This document shows positions 15,482 to 23,994 of a stretch of 36,937 nucleotides of DNA, one piece after another (within the stretch, counting starts at the first letter, position 1; every line of letters starts with the position of its first letter). A program made the translations under genes and the position numbers. The notes beneath the pieces are model-generated. The model saw only the letters and a list, made by a program, of their open reading frames with translations. It did not search any database and was not told the DNA's origin. This stretch comes from a virus. The stretch is taken from IMG/VR virus record IMGVR_UViG_3300045988_048969, positions 1 through 36,937 of that record, one strand, 5' to 3'.

Positions 15482-15929
15482 AAATAAGACGATAGCTTTT
15501 AATGCAGTAATGTGTGCATTGTATGTCGTAGCAACGACAATTAACCCAATCGGATATGGAGTATTTCAATTTAGGGTTAGTGAATTAATGACAGTATTTC
15601 CTGTTCATTTCAAAAAAGCACGTATCGGATTGCTTTTAGGAGTAGCAATTGCAAACGCAATGAGTCCATTGGGATTTATTGATGTATTCTGTGGAACATT
15701 AACGGCAGGATTGCTATATTACCTAATTGATAGACTACCGGTACACAATTACATTAAATACATTCTATATTCATTAGAAGTAGGATTAATTATCGGTTGG
15801 GAATTACAGTTGGTATATCATATGCCATTTGCATTAACATTCTTTACTACATTTATTCCGGAAATGATTCTATGTATTATCGGTGATTTATTAGCAAAGA
15901 AATTAAAGCATTATGTAAATATTGATTAG
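15474..15929 (+). CDS. queT: QueT-like queuosine-precursor transporter (ECF S-component), ATA start
   Basis: Multi-TM protein with AVMCALYVVATT...GYGVFQFRVSELMTVFP. Frame opens after TGA 15471-15473; ATA 15474 lies 6 nt after GGAGG 15463-15467. Track ATG 15510 removes the conserved N-terminus. Confidence 0.6.
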   Translation: MNRNKTIAFNAVMCALYVVATTINPIGYGVFQFRVSELMTVFPVHFKKARIGLLLGVAIANAMSPLGFIDVFCGTLTAGLLYYLIDRLPVHNYIKYILYSLEVGLIIGWELQLVYHMPFALTFFTTFIPEMILCIIGDLLAKKLKHYVNID

Positions 15930-15942
15930 AGGTGATAGACAC

Positions 15943-16311
15943 ATGGCAAGAAAAAAGTTTATTAATCAAAAACAGTTTGAAGCTTTATGTGAAATTCAAT
16001 GTACAAAAGAAGAAATTTGTTCCGTATTAGATGTATCAGAAAAAACATTGAATAATTGGTGTAAAGATACATACGGAGAAACTTTCTCCCTAGTTTTCGG
16101 TAAAAAAAGACAAGGAGGGTGCGCAAGCCTAAGAGCAAAGCAATGGAAACTAGCTTCAAAGAGTCCTGCTATGGCTATTTTCTTAGGTAAACAATTCCTA
16201 GGTCAGACTGATAAGGTAGAAACACATTTTGACGCTTCAGAAGTAAATGCAATTAATAAAGCTATGATTACAGATGTAGCAAAAGAAAGAAGAATTGAAG
16301 ATTTTGAATAA
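15943..16311 (+). CDS. terS: Terminase small subunit
   Basis: ATG 15943 behind AGAGGTGA. HTH TKEEICSVLDVSEKTLNNW and AIFLGKQFLGQTD; directly upstream of terL. Confidence 0.7.
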   Translation: MARKKFINQKQFEALCEIQCTKEEICSVLDVSEKTLNNWCKDTYGETFSLVFGKKRQGGCASLRAKQWKLASKSPAMAIFLGKQFLGQTDKVETHFDASEVNAINKAMITDVAKERRIEDFE

Positions 16312-17629
16312 GCCTGCGCCTTTCAATCAAAAGCAATTAACTTATCTTAAAAGAACATTTGATTCATGGCTTAATGTATTAGAAGGTGGAAAGCGTGGAG
16401 GAAAGAACGTACTCAACACATACGCTTTCTGTATTGCACTAGAAACACATCCGGATAAATTCCATTTGATAGCAGGAACAGATACATCATCTGCACGTGT
16501 TAATATTGGAGATTGTAATGGATATGGTTTGCAAAACTACTTTGCTAATAGATTCAAAGTAGGGAAGTATGAAGGTAAAGACTGCTACTACATCAATACA
16601 AAGGTTGGTGAAAAGGTTGTTTTCTTTGCCGGTGGTGCTAAAAAAGGCTCAGAGAATGCAATACATGGTTATTCATATGGAATGGCATATGTAACAGAAG
16701 CAAACCTTTGTTGCATTGAGTTTCTACAAGAAGTGATGGATAGAACGATAGCGTCAAGCAATCGAAAGATATTTCATGATTTAAACCCAAAAGGAAAGAA
16801 TCATTGGTATTACACAGATTTCTTGAAATATCATGAGGAGCAACAGAATAAAGATTCTACATATGGTTATAACTATGGGCATACCACCTTAGTTGACAAT
16901 TATTCTTTAAGTGATGAGCAGATAAGAACGGTCTTGAAATCATACGATAAGAATAGCGTTTATTACAAAAGAGATATAAAAGGACAAAGGGAAGAAGCCG
17001 AAGGACTTGTATTCCCTTATTTTGCTAATGACTGCAAACCTTACCTATTCAAGTATCAACATTTAAAAGAGAAGATGGCAGAAGAAAGAAAAAGATTCAG
17101 TCATTTAATCATAGGCGTTGACTTTGGAGACAATGGTTCGAAATATTCATGGCACTTAACAGGGTTTACAAATGATTGGGATTATATGTGGGCACTTGAT
17201 GAAGGAGACATGGCGAAGTCAAACTCAATTGACGCAACAAAGTTCTGCAAAGCGTTTGTAAGGTTCTATAAGCGTTGTATTGAATGTTATGGGTATGTAG
17301 AATGGATATTTCCGGACAGTGCTTCTAATACGTTGATAAACACGCTTAGAGCTTATTTTTACGCCGAAGGATTAGACGGAAGTATAATTGCACCGGTAAA
17401 GAAGAATGAGCTAACAGACCGTCCTATAACGGTTGATAGCTTACTTGTTACAGGTAGGTTAAAGATAGAGGAGCATTGTAAGAATTTAATAAACGCATTG
17501 AGCGAATTAGTATGGGATGAGAAGAAAGACATTCCAAAAGATGAGAACGTTCACAATATCAATGATGATTGGGATTCGTTCTGCTATACATTTATAACCC
17601 ATAGTGGATATATAGATTTAAGGAGGTAA
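16295..17629 (+). CDS. terL: Terminase large subunit (PBSX-like)
   Basis: 444 aa, P-loop-like GGKRGGKN, positioned between terS and portal. Confidence 0.8.
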   Translation: MKILNKPAPFNQKQLTYLKRTFDSWLNVLEGGKRGGKNVLNTYAFCIALETHPDKFHLIAGTDTSSARVNIGDCNGYGLQNYFANRFKVGKYEGKDCYYINTKVGEKVVFFAGGAKKGSENAIHGYSYGMAYVTEANLCCIEFLQEVMDRTIASSNRKIFHDLNPKGKNHWYYTDFLKYHEEQQNKDSTYGYNYGHTTLVDNYSLSDEQIRTVLKSYDKNSVYYKRDIKGQREEAEGLVFPYFANDCKPYLFKYQHLKEKMAEERKRFSHLIIGVDFGDNGSKYSWHLTGFTNDWDYMWALDEGDMAKSNSIDATKFCKAFVRFYKRCIECYGYVEWIFPDSASNTLINTLRAYFYAEGLDGSIIAPVKKNELTDRPITVDSLLVTGRLKIEEHCKNLINALSELVWDEKKDIPKDENVHNINDDWDSFCYTFITHSGYIDLRR

Positions 17630-17632
17630 GAA

Positions 17633-19036
17633 ATAGAAACATCTAACACACGTAGACCGTGGTTTCAAAACTACCTTAACGAAAGAGGGTATTATGTAGA
17701 TACAAACGCAATTGAGATTATTGAATTGTGTAATAAGTGGTATACAAATACCGAAACAGAATTTCATACGGCATACACCTTGAATAACGAGGAATACACG
17801 CTAGATAAAACAGACTTTGCAAAACGTTTGTGCGAGGATGACGCAAACTTAATTGAAATTCTAGATATAAACGCAACTGAGGACAGTACAACAAATGACA
17901 TTATTTCAGACATTCTAACGAAGAATAGATTTGATGTTATGTATAGGAAGCAAGTTGAGCAAATGTCTGCAAACGGCACAGTAGGAGCTTATGTAACGGT
18001 ATCAAATGCCGAGATTTATGAAGATGGTACATTCAGTGGAGGTGAGATTAGAATCAACTATTGTGATTCAATGAATATACTTCCATTAACTGTTATCAAT
18101 GATGAAATTGTGGAAGTTGCTTTCGTTGGAGTAAATTATGAGAAACTGAAGAAAGTATATGTGATGGTCATGTTCTTAAAAGGGCAAGACGAAAGATATA
18201 TTGCAGAAACACATTACTTTAAAGAAACAGGCGAAGAAATAAAAGAGCGTGCTCAGATTGTTCAATTAGATGTGGTTAAGCCGTTTGCAATTATGAGAAA
18301 TGCAAAGGTCAACAACTTACAAATGCAAGGGTACGGCTTACCTAAAATTTGGAGCGCAATCGCTCCACTAAAAACAATTGATTTAACAATGACAATGTGG
18401 AATCGAGATTTATTGAAATCGGATAAAATCGTTCTTGTGAATGAAGCATTAATGCAGAAAGACGAGAATGGAAAGATTAATATGAATCCACAAATGAAAA
18501 AGATATTCGTTCAGTTAGGTAGAGACAAGTTACCGGAAGAAAAAGCTTTATGGCAGGAATACAATCCAACAGTTAGAACACAAGAAGTTGTACAATCACT
18601 AGAAACGGCATTGAGCATATTATCAATGATGTTTGGATTTGGCACGAAGAAATACACATTTGAGAGTGGAAGAATTGTGACGGCAACAGAATATATCGGT
18701 GAGAATCAAGACGCAATGAAGGAAGTAAATTCACAACGTAAAGAATCTACGGCTTATATTCAAGATATTATTCAAGCAATAGCGTACTTCTATGAGTTAA
18801 CACAAGGCAGAAAGCTTAATATCAATTCATTAGACATTGCTATTGATTATGACGACACATACATTGAGGATAAGCAAAGCACGGCACAAGCGTTAAGAAA
18901 TGACGCATTAACATTTGATATTCCAAGATTAAAAATCATGTACTTCATGAAACAGTATGGATTCACTGAAGAAGAAGCAACGGAATTATTAAACGAAGAA
19001 ATTCAAGATGATGGAGAGGGGGATGACGAAGAATAG
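17633..19036 (+). CDS. Portal protein (SPP1 gp6-like), ATA start
   Basis: Frame opens after TAA 17627-17629. ATA 17633 lies 6 nt after AGGAGG 17621-17626; the next canonical start is TTG 17726, 31 codons downstream. Confidence 0.75.
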   Translation: METSNTRRPWFQNYLNERGYYVDTNAIEIIELCNKWYTNTETEFHTAYTLNNEEYTLDKTDFAKRLCEDDANLIEILDINATEDSTTNDIISDILTKNRFDVMYRKQVEQMSANGTVGAYVTVSNAEIYEDGTFSGGEIRINYCDSMNILPLTVINDEIVEVAFVGVNYEKLKKVYVMVMFLKGQDERYIAETHYFKETGEEIKERAQIVQLDVVKPFAIMRNAKVNNLQMQGYGLPKIWSAIAPLKTIDLTMTMWNRDLLKSDKIVLVNEALMQKDENGKINMNPQMKKIFVQLGRDKLPEEKALWQEYNPTVRTQEVVQSLETALSILSMMFGFGTKKYTFESGRIVTATEYIGENQDAMKEVNSQRKESTAYIQDIIQAIAYFYELTQGRKLNINSLDIAIDYDDTYIEDKQSTAQALRNDALTFDIPRLKIMYFMKQYGFTEEEATELLNEEIQDDGEGDDEE

Positions 19037-19842
19037 CAACTACATATTTTCCATTCGTCTCAAGAAATGGCGATAGATTAGTATTATATGATGCTTTCAG
19101 AAGATTGTTCTCAAGCTACTTTACAAATGGCGTGTTCGTAGATGATTCTAGTTCAGACCATTTAAGAGTTGAGAAGACTCAAGGCTTAACCTTAACAGTT
19201 AAAGCAGGACGAGCAAACATTAATGGAGCGTTCTATTGGCAGAAGGATGACGAAACCATCACACTAGAAAAGAATAGCGCAACTAAAAGCTACAACATCA
19301 TTCTTAGATTGAATGATAATGACGCATATAGAAACATTACATTAGTAGCTAGTGATATCAATGATGGAATTACAAGGAGTGATTCTATTTACGATTTAGT
19401 ATTAGCTACGGTTACGGTCACAGGCAATGCAAACGAAGTTAAAGGCTCAGATATTACTGATACAAGATTAGATTCTACACGTTGTGGAGCAGTTACAAGC
19501 GCTATTAAGAGCGTACAATCGTTGGATTTATTTACTCAAGTAACTGAGCTATTCAAAGAAATTAAGGCTCAGAATGAATCTGAAATGAATGCAAATAGAA
19601 CAGAGTTCAATGATTGGTTTGAAACTGTAAAAGATACGTTAGACGCAAATACGGCAGGAAAGTTATCGAACAGAATCTCAAACATTGAAAATATGATTAT
19701 GGAGAATCATTTCACTACGATTCTATTAACGGAAGATGGAACACTAGTAGATGAGAATGGTCATGAGATTTTAGCAGATTGGGCGTATGAAGTTGATAAA
19801 GGTGAAGTAGGCAAAGATTGGACTTACAAGGTGAAATCATGA
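19033..19842 (+). CDS. Fibre-cassette structural protein (TTYFPF...GDR N-terminus), ATA start
   Basis: Frame opens after TGA 19024-19026. ATA 19033 overlaps the portal stop (ATAG). The conserved-looking N-terminus ATTYFPFVSRNGDRLVLYDAF precedes track TTG 19105. Confidence 0.65.
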   Translation: MATTYFPFVSRNGDRLVLYDAFRRLFSSYFTNGVFVDDSSSDHLRVEKTQGLTLTVKAGRANINGAFYWQKDDETITLEKNSATKSYNIILRLNDNDAYRNITLVASDINDGITRSDSIYDLVLATVTVTGNANEVKGSDITDTRLDSTRCGAVTSAIKSVQSLDLFTQVTELFKEIKAQNESEMNANRTEFNDWFETVKDTLDANTAGKLSNRISNIENMIMENHFTTILLTEDGTLVDENGHEILADWAYEVDKGEVGKDWTYKVKS

Positions 19843-20138
19843 GACAAGGAACAACACCAACAATTCAAATCACAATAAACGATATTGATTTAAATGAAAT
19901 GCAGAATATCTATGTGGTATTTGAACAGAACGGATATATCTTGAAAAAAGAATCAAGTGATTTAGACGTTGAAGGGAATACTATTTCAGTGTTGTTAAGT
20001 CAAGAAGAAACGCTCAATTTCAAAGAGGGTACTTGTAATATTCAATTAAGAATGATTACAAAAGGAGGAGTTGCTATTGCTTCTCCTATCAAAACAACAA
20101 AGGTATATAGAGTATTGAATAAGGAAGTGATTACATGA
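19839..20138 (+). CDS. Small structural-module protein
   Basis: ATG 19839 behind AAGGTGA, with ATGA overlap. Confidence 0.55.
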   Translation: MRQGTTPTIQITINDIDLNEMQNIYVVFEQNGYILKKESSDLDVEGNTISVLLSQEETLNFKEGTCNIQLRMITKGGVAIASPIKTTKVYRVLNKEVIT

Positions 20139-20464
20139 TTCTAATGAAAGATATTCAAATGAATATACAAGATGAATCAGACAAGCTTCAAATTGAAATC
20201 AATGAAGATAAAGAAACATTAACTTTAGGCTTAGATGAGAAGTTTGTTGAAGGTACAAGTGATTACAACAAGCTAAAGAACAAGCCTAAATTAAATGGCA
20301 ATGAAATCATTGGAGAGGTTGAAGAAATAGACCCAACAGTTCCAACATGGGCTAAAGCAGAAACAAGACCGGTATACACACCGGAAGATATTGGAGCTAT
20401 GGCAGAAGGTTCTGTAACTTCTGTATCAACAACCGAACTAGATGAATTATGGAATAGTCTATAG
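20135..20464 (+). CDS. Tail-fibre-repeat protein
   Basis: DYNKLKNKPKLNG ... VPTWAKAETRPVYTPEDIGA motifs are common in phage fibres. Confidence 0.55.
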   Translation: MILMKDIQMNIQDESDKLQIEINEDKETLTLGLDEKFVEGTSDYNKLKNKPKLNGNEIIGEVEEIDPTVPTWAKAETRPVYTPEDIGAMAEGSVTSVSTTELDELWNSL

Positions 20465-20475
20465 GAGGAAAAAGA

Positions 20476-21084
20476 ATAGCTATTGAATATTTAGATAAGA
20501 GTGGATTGACGCTCTTAATCAGTAAAATTAAATCGGCGTTAGGTGGGAAAGTTGATGTTGAAATTGGTAAAGGCTTATCAACAAATGACTACACAAGCGC
20601 AGAAAAACAAAAGTTAAGTGGTATCGCAAATGGTGCTCAAGTGAACGTGATTGAGTCGGTAAAGGTAAATGGTACGAAGCTAACGCCAAGCTCAAAAGCC
20701 GTAGATGTTACAGTACCGACAAAGACATCGCAATTAACGAATGACAGTGGGTATCAGACAAAAGCAAATGTAGACTCAATCGTTACAGGTAAAGGATATC
20801 AAACGCAATCACAAGTACAATCATTGATTAATTCGGCAGTAGGTAATATTACATCTATTAGATATGAAAAGGTAACGAGCTTACCTGCTACAGGTTCAAA
20901 TGGTGTTATCTATTTGGTAGCACATTCACATGGAACGCAAGATATTTATGATGAATATATTTGGCTTTCAGAAACAAAAACATATGAAAAGATTGGTAAT
21001 ACAGACATTGATTTATCTGCGTATGTTAAGAAGTCAGAATTAACTGCGATTACTACAAACGATTTAAACACAATGTGGGGTTAG
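20476..21084 (+). CDS. Fibre protein (LSTNDYTSAEKQKL repeat type), ATA start
   Basis: Frame opens after TAG 20455-20457. ATA 20476 lies 7 nt after AGGAGG 20463-20468. N-terminus AIEYLDKSGLTLLISKIK precedes track TTG 20506. Confidence 0.65.
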   Translation: MAIEYLDKSGLTLLISKIKSALGGKVDVEIGKGLSTNDYTSAEKQKLSGIANGAQVNVIESVKVNGTKLTPSSKAVDVTVPTKTSQLTNDSGYQTKANVDSIVTGKGYQTQSQVQSLINSAVGNITSIRYEKVTSLPATGSNGVIYLVAHSHGTQDIYDEYIWLSETKTYEKIGNTDIDLSAYVKKSELTAITTNDLNTMWG

Positions 21085-21087
21085 CAT

Positions 21088-21333
21088 ATGGCTTTCGTAT
21101 TCAAAGACAAAGCTTCAATTCAGTGGCTTGTCTCGAAAATAAAGTCTGTAACCACATCACATAACGCATTGAATCAAATGGTGATGAACAATCACTTTAC
21201 TACAAATTTGAATGCTACAAGCGCTCAAGATTTAGTGGATGAAAAAGGAAATACAATCTTAGCCGATTGGTCTTATGAGGTCGCAAGTGGAGAAGTCGGT
21301 AAGGATTGGAAATATAAAGTCAAGGAGGAATAA
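21088..21333 (+). CDS. Small fibre-associated protein sharing a C-terminal module with 19033-19842
   Basis: NHFTT...LVDEKGNTILADWSYEV.SGEVGKDWKYKVK. Confidence 0.55.
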   Translation: MAFVFKDKASIQWLVSKIKSVTTSHNALNQMVMNNHFTTNLNATSAQDLVDEKGNTILADWSYEVASGEVGKDWKYKVKEE

Positions 21334-21334
21334 C

Positions 21335-22183
21335 ATGGCAGGAAAACAAGTCACGGAATTAGACGCATTACCTAGTTTCACTGATAATAGCTTATTGCCT
21401 GTACACAATGGTGCAGGATTGAAAAAAGGTTTATTATCGCAACTAGCTGATTATTTAGGAAAAAAATTCAGTAATCCGAATTTATTGATTAATCCGGATT
21501 TTAAAATCAATCAAAGAGGTGCTACGAGCTACGAAAAACAAGGTTATTCAGTAGACCGTTGGAAAATTTGGAATGTAACAGTTACGTCAAACGCTAATGG
21601 AGGTATTACAGTCAAGAATGACAAATACACAGATACCGGAACTTTTCTACAATATTTAGAAAATGCGACGGAAGGTGATTCTACATTATCATGCTATGTA
21701 ACATCTGTAAGCGGAACGGTAACAATGGTGGCAGATGATAATTCACAAGTTGTATTGAAACAAGGATTAAATGTTGTACATACAAGTAAGAGCACAAAAG
21801 CATTTACAATCTTTTTGAATCGAGGAACTAACATAACTCTTAAATGGGTTAAATTGGAACAAGGTAAAGTAGCAACGGCATATATTGCACCAAATTATAC
21901 AGATGAATTAGTGAAATGTAGAAGATATTACAATTTTATGGTATTGCATTTCTATGGCGCATCCAATCCAGAAGGGTTTATAAATAATGATTTATTTGTG
22001 TTCAGAAACTTTAGAATTAATCCGACCTTTAATATCAATTCAACGTATTCCGTCGGCGTAACACAATCTACGTTAGTTATGAAAGGTAGTAATGATAATG
22101 GTTATTATTTATATGGAAGAACCTCATCAAGCGGTTCTTATGCTTTAGATGTTACAGTAACGGCAGATGCAGAGATTTATTAG
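21335..22183 (+). CDS. Receptor-binding / tail-fibre-like protein
   Basis: ATG 21335 behind AAGGAGG; NLLINPDFKINQRG...YSVDRW motif. Confidence 0.6.
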   Translation: MAGKQVTELDALPSFTDNSLLPVHNGAGLKKGLLSQLADYLGKKFSNPNLLINPDFKINQRGATSYEKQGYSVDRWKIWNVTVTSNANGGITVKNDKYTDTGTFLQYLENATEGDSTLSCYVTSVSGTVTMVADDNSQVVLKQGLNVVHTSKSTKAFTIFLNRGTNITLKWVKLEQGKVATAYIAPNYTDELVKCRRYYNFMVLHFYGASNPEGFINNDLFVFRNFRINPTFNINSTYSVGVTQSTLVMKGSNDNGYYLYGRTSSSGSYALDVTVTADAEIY

Positions 22184-22191
22184 GAGGAGCT

Positions 22192-22539
22192 ATGGAAAAC
22201 GAATATAAAGTATATGTATCCTTATCAAACGGATACATCACATCTATTAATTCAGAAATCTTCTTATCAGAAGAAGAAATGTCAACTATGACAGAGATTG
22301 ACAAAGGACAAGGTGATAAATACGCTCATGCTCAAAGTCAGTATCTAGAAAAAGGATTAGTTGATGAATTAGGTCGATATAACTACAAATTTGTAGAAGG
22401 TAAAGTGATTGAGGTTGCAGAAGGAGACAAACCAACAATCGAAGAACCAAAAGCAGTACCGACTGAGCAAGATAAGATTAATGCACAATTAATGTTACAA
22501 ATTGCACAGTTAAAAGCTCAATTGAATGGGGTGAAGTAG
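22192..22539 (+). CDS. Hypothetical fibre-cassette protein (XkdW position)
   Basis: ATG behind AGGAGG; lies immediately before the XkdX-like ORF. Confidence 0.5.
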   Translation: MENEYKVYVSLSNGYITSINSEIFLSEEEMSTMTEIDKGQGDKYAHAQSQYLEKGLVDELGRYNYKFVEGKVIEVAEGDKPTIEEPKAVPTEQDKINAQLMLQIAQLKAQLNGVK

Positions 22540-22540
22540 T

Positions 22541-22660
22541 ATGAGTTATGAATTAATTAAATCGTATTATGAATTAGGCTTATTTTCAAATAGTGATTTA
22601 GAAATCTTTGCTTCTATTGGATGGATTACAGAAACTCAGAGAAAAGAATTAATTAAATAA
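22541..22660 (+). CDS. XkdX-family small protein (39 aa), below ORF-track cutoff
   Basis: MSYELIKSYYELGLFSNSDLEIFASIGWITETQRKELIK matches the XkdX pattern. Confidence 0.6.
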   Translation: MSYELIKSYYELGLFSNSDLEIFASIGWITETQRKELIK

Positions 22661-22677
22661 GCTTTAAAAGCGTTTTA

Positions 22678-22699
22678 AAGGGCTTAAATGCCCTTTTTC
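22678..22699 (+). terminator. Rho-independent terminator closing the fibre cassette
   Basis: AAGGGC(22678-22683)/GCCCTT(22690-22695) followed by a T-run. Confidence 0.65.
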
Positions 22700-22716
22700 T
22701 GTAGGAGGGCATATAA

Positions 22717-23898
22717 ATGTTAAGTGAAGAAGAGCAAAGAGAACAAGAGCGTAAAAAAAGACAAGAAGAAAGGAAGCAAGAACGCCTACAAAAGCAAATT
22801 GAGAAAAGAAGGAAACTTGAAGAAAGAGAAAGAAAAAGTGTAAAGCGTGCTAGTGTATTTGAATTAGGAATGATGATATTCATTTCAAATAAGATTCGTG
22901 AAGTTTTAGAGAAAAGCACCGAAGAAAATTCAAAATTTAATGAGATATTAGCAAAATCACTCGTAGATTTGCGTAAATTCACAAAAAAAGAATCAAAAAG
23001 CCTAAAAAAAGATGTAATTAAGGAATCTAAAAAGGACTTTGAAGAAAATAAACAAGGAACACTTGATTTAATCGAAGTAGCAAGTGGAAAGCCTATCAAA
23101 AAGAAGCTTAAGATAGATTTATATATTAGTCCACAAAATGACACTTCAAAGCGTTGGAAGAAATACATCAAATCAAGTGCGAACACGTATGCAATCGGTA
23201 GAGATAAACTACCGGTATTCTTTACAAAGGTAGTTCAAGAAGAAGTTAAGAATGTAGTAGGTGGAAAATGTACGATTGATGATTCTTGCAGAAAAGCTAT
23301 CTCGAAATTAGCAAATAGTGGCGTAAAGATTGTGGAATATGATACAGGTGTTAAAAGAAATGTGGATGTATGGGTAAGGCAACAAATGCAGTACGCAGAA
23401 AAAGAATCGTCACAAGAAATTAACAATAAATGTGCAAAAGATATGGGAGTTACTGTATTTGAGTTTGACGCACACGCAAATGCAAGACCCACTCATAAGA
23501 AGTGGCAAGGCAAGCGCTATGATACAAAAGGGAAACTATATCCTAGCTTGTATGAGTTAACACATGGAGAAGAAAAAGACTATGGATGTAGACACTTTGC
23601 TCAACCGGTTTGGGATATTGATATGCCTTATGCATACACAAAAGAGCAGTTAAAGAATATTGACACAAAGCCTTTCACATTCCAAGGAAAAGAATATGAA
23701 GGATATGAAGCTAGGCAGTATCAAAGAGAATTAGAAAGAAATATCAGAGCATTAAAAAGGGAAGTAATCTTATTGGACAATCAAGGATTAAGCAGTACAG
23801 AAGCCAAAATCAAGCTAAAACACGCAAATGCAACGTATAAAGCTTTCAGTTCTGAAATGGGAGACAGAGTTCACAACGATAGGCTTAGAATCGGCTAA
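22717..23898 (+). CDS. Minor head / head-morphogenesis protein (SPP1 gp7 / Mu F-like)
   Basis: DAHANARPTHKKWQGKRY motif; long K/E/R-rich N-terminal region. Confidence 0.65.
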   Translation: MLSEEEQREQERKKRQEERKQERLQKQIEKRRKLEERERKSVKRASVFELGMMIFISNKIREVLEKSTEENSKFNEILAKSLVDLRKFTKKESKSLKKDVIKESKKDFEENKQGTLDLIEVASGKPIKKKLKIDLYISPQNDTSKRWKKYIKSSANTYAIGRDKLPVFFTKVVQEEVKNVVGGKCTIDDSCRKAISKLANSGVKIVEYDTGVKRNVDVWVRQQMQYAEKESSQEINNKCAKDMGVTVFEFDAHANARPTHKKWQGKRYDTKGKLYPSLYELTHGEEKDYGCRHFAQPVWDIDMPYAYTKEQLKNIDTKPFTFQGKEYEGYEARQYQRELERNIRALKREVILLDNQGLSSTEAKIKLKHANATYKAFSSEMGDRVHNDRLRIG

Positions 23899-23901
23899 AA
23901 C

Positions 23902-23916
23902 GCTCACATTGTGAGC
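23902..23916. repeat. Palindrome GCTCACAtTGTGAGC, second copy of the 13704-13720 motif
   Basis: Read directly; no strong T-run follows this copy. Confidence 0.7.
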
Positions 23917-23994
23917 TATTATTCAATATAAAATATAGTTAGCCAAAACCATACCGGAGAAGATTCGGTTTATAAAAGACTTTAGGAGGGCAAA

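Noticed and set aside
22653-23186. 177-aa minus-strand ORF, plus other antisense ORFs (2039-2224, 2307-2555, 3018-3257, 3653-3991, 4051-4272, 4321-4506, 8136-8333, 9277-9591, 9616-9810, 10391-10585, 11121-11438, 11573-11764, 12680-12883, 13410-13595, 15068-15256, 15962-16159, 17764-17979, 23235-23492, 26828-27061, 27470-27664, 27779-27997, 30681-30899, 31718-31930, 32859-33125, 33309-33542, 33708-33923, 35671-35970)
   Set aside because: All lie fully opposite well-supported genes. They lack SD sites and have low-complexity S/F/L/I-rich translations typical of the reverse frame of AT-rich K/E-rich coding sequence.
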